Of a DNA stretch of 64,000 nt, positions 60,824-64,000 are shown in pieces. Positions within the stretch are counted from its first letter, which is position 1, and every line of letters starts with the position of its first letter. The notes beneath the pieces are model-generated. The model was not told the DNA's origin. It ran no database searches and saw only the letters and a program-made list of their open reading frames with translations. Position numbers and translations under genes: made by a program. Origin of the DNA: Basidiobolus meristosporus CBS 931.73 (Eukaryota > Fungi > Basidiobolomycota); assembly GCA_002104905.1 (NCBI GenBank), contig MCFE01000051.1, forward strand, positions 131,979-195,978, in the 5' to 3' direction.

Positions 60824-61232
60824 GGGGGGGGAGACAGTCACCAACAGGTGAAATCTTTATTTCAGTTGAAACAAAGAAGCCAGCACTACTGTTGTAGCTT
60901 TGATACAAGAGTGTGTAGCTGTGGGGAATTTGTAGGTAAGTTAATAAGAAGTGATGATAGCTCTTCAGTGCTCAAGACACTGTTCAGTGGGAAGGGGGGT
61001 AGCAAGAGAGGTAAGAATGACTTGTGAACAACATTAATGAGGGGAATGTGATAAGGATTGATATTCATCATAAAGGGAGTGTGCTGCTGCAGATATTGCT
61101 GCCAAAGGTCTGTCAAGTACTTCAGGTAGGCCAGCTTGGGTTTTTCTGACTGCAGAATATAGTGAGCAAACTTCTTGACTTCAGGATCTCCAAGTATAGT
61201 TCTCCAGCAGGAGTCAGGTGTTGTGTGGTGTG
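60824..61232 (-). mobile_element. Non-LTR subfamily A 3' end + terminal module (M6), interrupted by the Gypsy insertion
   Basis: About 6 differences from 58672-59077 over about 405 bp; homology stops exactly at the Gypsy LTR edge. Confidence 0.9.
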
Positions 61233-64000
61233 TGTTGTGCATCAACATTTAAAACTTAGCCAATTTTACTCCGTTTGAAAATCTAGTACCCTAACTGATT
61301 TTCCCTAACCCAAACATAACAAATCCCAGTTACAGTTTATTTTATCCCACCTCAGAATCTATTTTTAGCTATCACACCTGATCTATTTTCAAATGGTCAT
61401 TACGTTATCAACCTATCTGCCAAGCCTTCCCAGGTGATTAGTCATCTGAGATCTATCCAACCACTGTGCAGTTGCCAAGACATCAGTTGATTGATGATGT
61501 AATTTTCATTTATCTTATGCACCTATGAACACCCAAATTGATTTCAATCAATCCAGTCCCTTGGCGCTGACTAATTCAACTTGATCAGAAAAGCATAAAT
61601 AAAGTTTACTGAACCTTTTGGTTTAGTGTGTGTCTCAACAAAATTAAGATTCTGTCTCAGCAAAAATAAGAATCCAACAATTCCGTTCTAGTTTCTATCC
61701 AAGCCTAGTATATCTAGCACTCCAAAGAACACCAAGCCTAGCCTGCCTAGCAAACAAATATCATTGCCTTTATAGCCAACCCAGCTATATCCAAGACCAA
61801 TATTAGATCAGAATCTTTCTGCTAATATTTCCGCCACTCTCTGACAATTCTAAGATTCTGCACTTAATTGTCCCTTTGGTTCAGTTAAACCATTCAAGAG
61901 TTTTATTACACTTTCTCTTGGATACAACATTTTTTTTGTTGAATTCCATTACATTCAGCCGATTAGAAGATGTCCTCAGCAGCAAGCAATCCAAACCTTT
62001 CCATGTTGGAAGAAGCCAGAAGAAATCAGGAAGAACTTACTGAACAGCTTGAAAACATCATGCTTGAAAGAAATACCATGATGATTGAGCACTCAAAGCT
62101 TGCCAAAACAAGATCTGATAATCACCGTAGAGATGAACTCCTTGAAGTTATATCCGGTTACCAAGATGAAATTGGAATAATTAAGGAAGCACTGGAGAAT
62201 ATTGCCATAGTAATTGACAGCATTGAAAATCCACCAAGCCTTGCTCTGCATCAGCCACCAAGAAGTCATGCCTTTGAATCCTCCAGATCTACATCTCCTT
62301 CTGGACCTGCCCCGGTGGTTGTCCCAAGATCCTTGCCTGTTTATGCTGAAGGCACCAATGCCATCAAGAATCCAACTGAGTTTCTTTACAAGTTTAGTCA
62401 CGTCTTAGCTGCACACCAGCTAGACCCTGACACCAACTGGGCTAGACTTCTGCCTCTCTGTCTCACAATGCAAGATGCTGACTGGGTTGAAGTGAACATT
62501 CCTTCCAATAGTACATGGAAAATTGCCCAAAACCTCTTTTGCAGCCATTTTGAAGATCCTCTCAAGAAAGCACATCTGAACTGCGACTTATGGAAAACTA
62601 AAATGCAAAAAGGTGAATCTGGGCAACACTTCTGTGATAGATTCCAAAGACAAATGAGATTAGCTGGAGTTAGTGATGATAATCCATCGCTTACTGCTCA
62701 TTTTCTTTCAAACTTTTCACACCAGCTACAGAGCAATATTGCTATTGTCAAAGCATGCAACCCTGCACGTACCTATGACCAGATCTCAGAGATATGTACA
62801 CTGGCAATCACCTTGACTGCAGCTGTTAGCCAGACTTCAGGCAGCTCAACCCAATACCCCACAACAGCCGGAAAAGAGACCAGTCATGTGACCAAGAAGC
62901 AGTCAACCGCTACTAAGCACTGTGAGCTTCATGGAAAATGCTATCATTCTACCAGTGAATGCAAAGGCATCACCAAGCAGTCAAACAAGTCAGGAAACAC
63001 CGCAGAAAAGCAGCAAAACACCAAAACTGATAATCCATATGCTGATGACAAGTGCTTTAAATGTGGAAATAGGGGACATAGATCACCTGCCTGTCCTGAG
63101 AAGAACTCCACACCATCAGCCAAAATTACCCAGATCCTTGATGATCATTCAGCCAATGATACAATGGGGTATGAAGAAGCATATGAAGAACTTACAGTTC
63201 AAGATTATCACAACCTCTTTGAGTTTCCGGCTAAAATTGCAACTGTCCAAGAAAAGAAGCAACCAATCACACAGCTCAAAGCCATAGAAGTGCCACTCAC
63301 CCTCAATGGCCAATCATACGTAGCACTACTGGATACTGGATCATCCAACTCTATTGTATCACCCAATGTAGTCAGAGAACTCAATTTGGAGATAGAAAAA
63401 CGACCAGGAAAAATCATTCTTGCAGCTAAGGATCTCTCAGCCCCAAGAATTGGCATTACCAACCCAATCAACATACATTGTGGCTCAGTAACCATAATCC
63501 ATCAGATGGAAGTGATTGACATACCAGATGGACCTCAGGTAGTCATTGGTCTGGACACCTTCACCAAACTTGGCTTTCACATAGGCGGACTACCGGTTTC
63601 CTATCCAGGAATCACTAAATCTCAGCCGCTCATAATGGATCAAATCCCAGAGATTATCTCATCCCAACCAGAAGAAGAAGAGTTAACCCCAACTTTTCAA
63701 GAATATTCTCAATCAGTCAAATTAGATATTCAGCCGGCCATAGAGAGAAATCAGGCCATTCCAAGGAACAGCTTCTGCACCATCCCAGAGTCCATTGTTA
63801 CACTAGAGACCCCACCTGGTGAGTCAACATGGAGGAGGCAATACCCAATTCCGCATTCATGTCAACACTTAGTTGATGAAATAGTCCAAAAATGGGCTGA
63901 CAATGGGATTATCACTCAAGCCCCTGTCAACACAACATTCAACAGCCCTTTGACGCTTGCACCAAAGAAAGATGCTGATGGAAATCTAACCCTGAAGAGA
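61233..64000 (+). mobile_element. Ty3/Gypsy LTR retrotransposon, 5' LTR about 61233-61929, continues beyond the window
   Basis: Putative LTR TGTTGT...ACAACA followed by T8, then a long open gag-pol frame. Confidence 0.88.
61970..64000 (+). CDS. Gag-protease-RT polyprotein of the Ty3/Gypsy element (open to the window end; absent from the ORF track)
   Basis: No stop from ATG at 61970 by manual translation. Contains CELHGKCYHSTSEC and CFKCGNRGHRSPAC zinc knuckles, protease LLDTGS, WRRQYPIP and RT-start FNSPLTLAPKKDADG. Confidence 0.88.
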   Translation, partial: MSSAASNPNLSMLEEARRNQEELTEQLENIMLERNTMMIEHSKLAKTRSDNHRRDELLEVISGYQDEIGIIKEALENIAIVIDSIENPPSLALHQPPRSHAFESSRSTSPSGPAPVVVPRSLPVYAEGTNAIKNPTEFLYKFSHVLAAHQLDPDTNWARLLPLCLTMQDADWVEVNIPSNSTWKIAQNLFCSHFEDPLKKAHLNCDLWKTKMQKGESGQHFCDRFQRQMRLAGVSDDNPSLTAHFLSNFSHQLQSNIAIVKACNPARTYDQISEICTLAITLTAAVSQTSGSSTQYPTTAGKETSHVTKKQSTATKHCELHGKCYHSTSECKGITKQSNKSGNTAEKQQNTKTDNPYADDKCFKCGNRGHRSPACPEKNSTPSAKITQILDDHSANDTMGYEEAYEELTVQDYHNLFEFPAKIATVQEKKQPITQLKAIEVPLTLNGQSYVALLDTGSSNSIVSPNVVRELNLEIEKRPGKIILAAKDLSAPRIGITNPINIHCGSVTIIHQMEVIDIPDGPQVVIGLDTFTKLGFHIGGLPVSYPGITKSQPLIMDQIPEIISSQPEEEELTPTFQEYSQSVKLDIQPAIERNQAIPRNSFCTIPESIVTLETPPGESTWRRQYPIPHSCQHLVDEIVQKWADNGIITQAPVNTTFNSPLTLAPKKDADGNLTLKR

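Noticed and set aside
56253-60862. Six roughly 37-bp repeats as a CRISPR array
   Set aside because: Eukaryotic context; the spacers range from about 0 to 2 kb and are themselves repeated retroelement coding sequence; no cas genes.
56253-60862. Terminal module as an LTR or as DIRS/Ngaro split repeats
   Set aside because: No TG..CA ends, PBS or tyrosine recombinase; the RT motifs are non-LTR type; the module occurs only at 3' ends.

Overview
Intron-rich fungal genomic DNA, most likely from an early-diverging lineage (Zoopagomycota/Mucoromycota-like). This is an inference from the COP1 orthologue, the STE12 with C2H2 fingers and the short GT-AG introns. Bases 1-49.4 kb are gene-dense: F-box/LRR, COP1, RBR E3 ligase, chitin deacetylase, TFIIIC Tfc3 with an inserted PHD finger, MSH6, ER DnaJ, BAR-SH3, cystathionine beta-lyase, an Edc1/PNRC-motif protein, STE12, a secreted metallophosphoesterase, MCT1, a PH protein, an HRP1-like RRM protein and an RluA pseudouridine synthase. 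From about 49.5 kb the sequence becomes AT-richer and CpG-poor, with decayed genes, one tRNA-Leu(CAG) and an XIP-like aquaporin. From 56.25 kb it is a retroelement cluster. The most striking feature is a same-strand, head-to-tail array of 5'-truncated non-LTR units of two kinds, RT-coding and ORF1-like-only. All complete units end in one conserved hairpin module (AAATAAAGATTTCACC-loop-GGTGA...CCCC), with no poly(A) tail and no visible target-site duplication. They are joined at YAG microhomologies, with TTAGGG repeats at two junctions. This suggests a bipartite, chromosome-end-adding retroelement system. A Copia fragment and a potentially intact Ty3/Gypsy are nested in the array. All family assignments come from motif recognition by eye; no searches were run.
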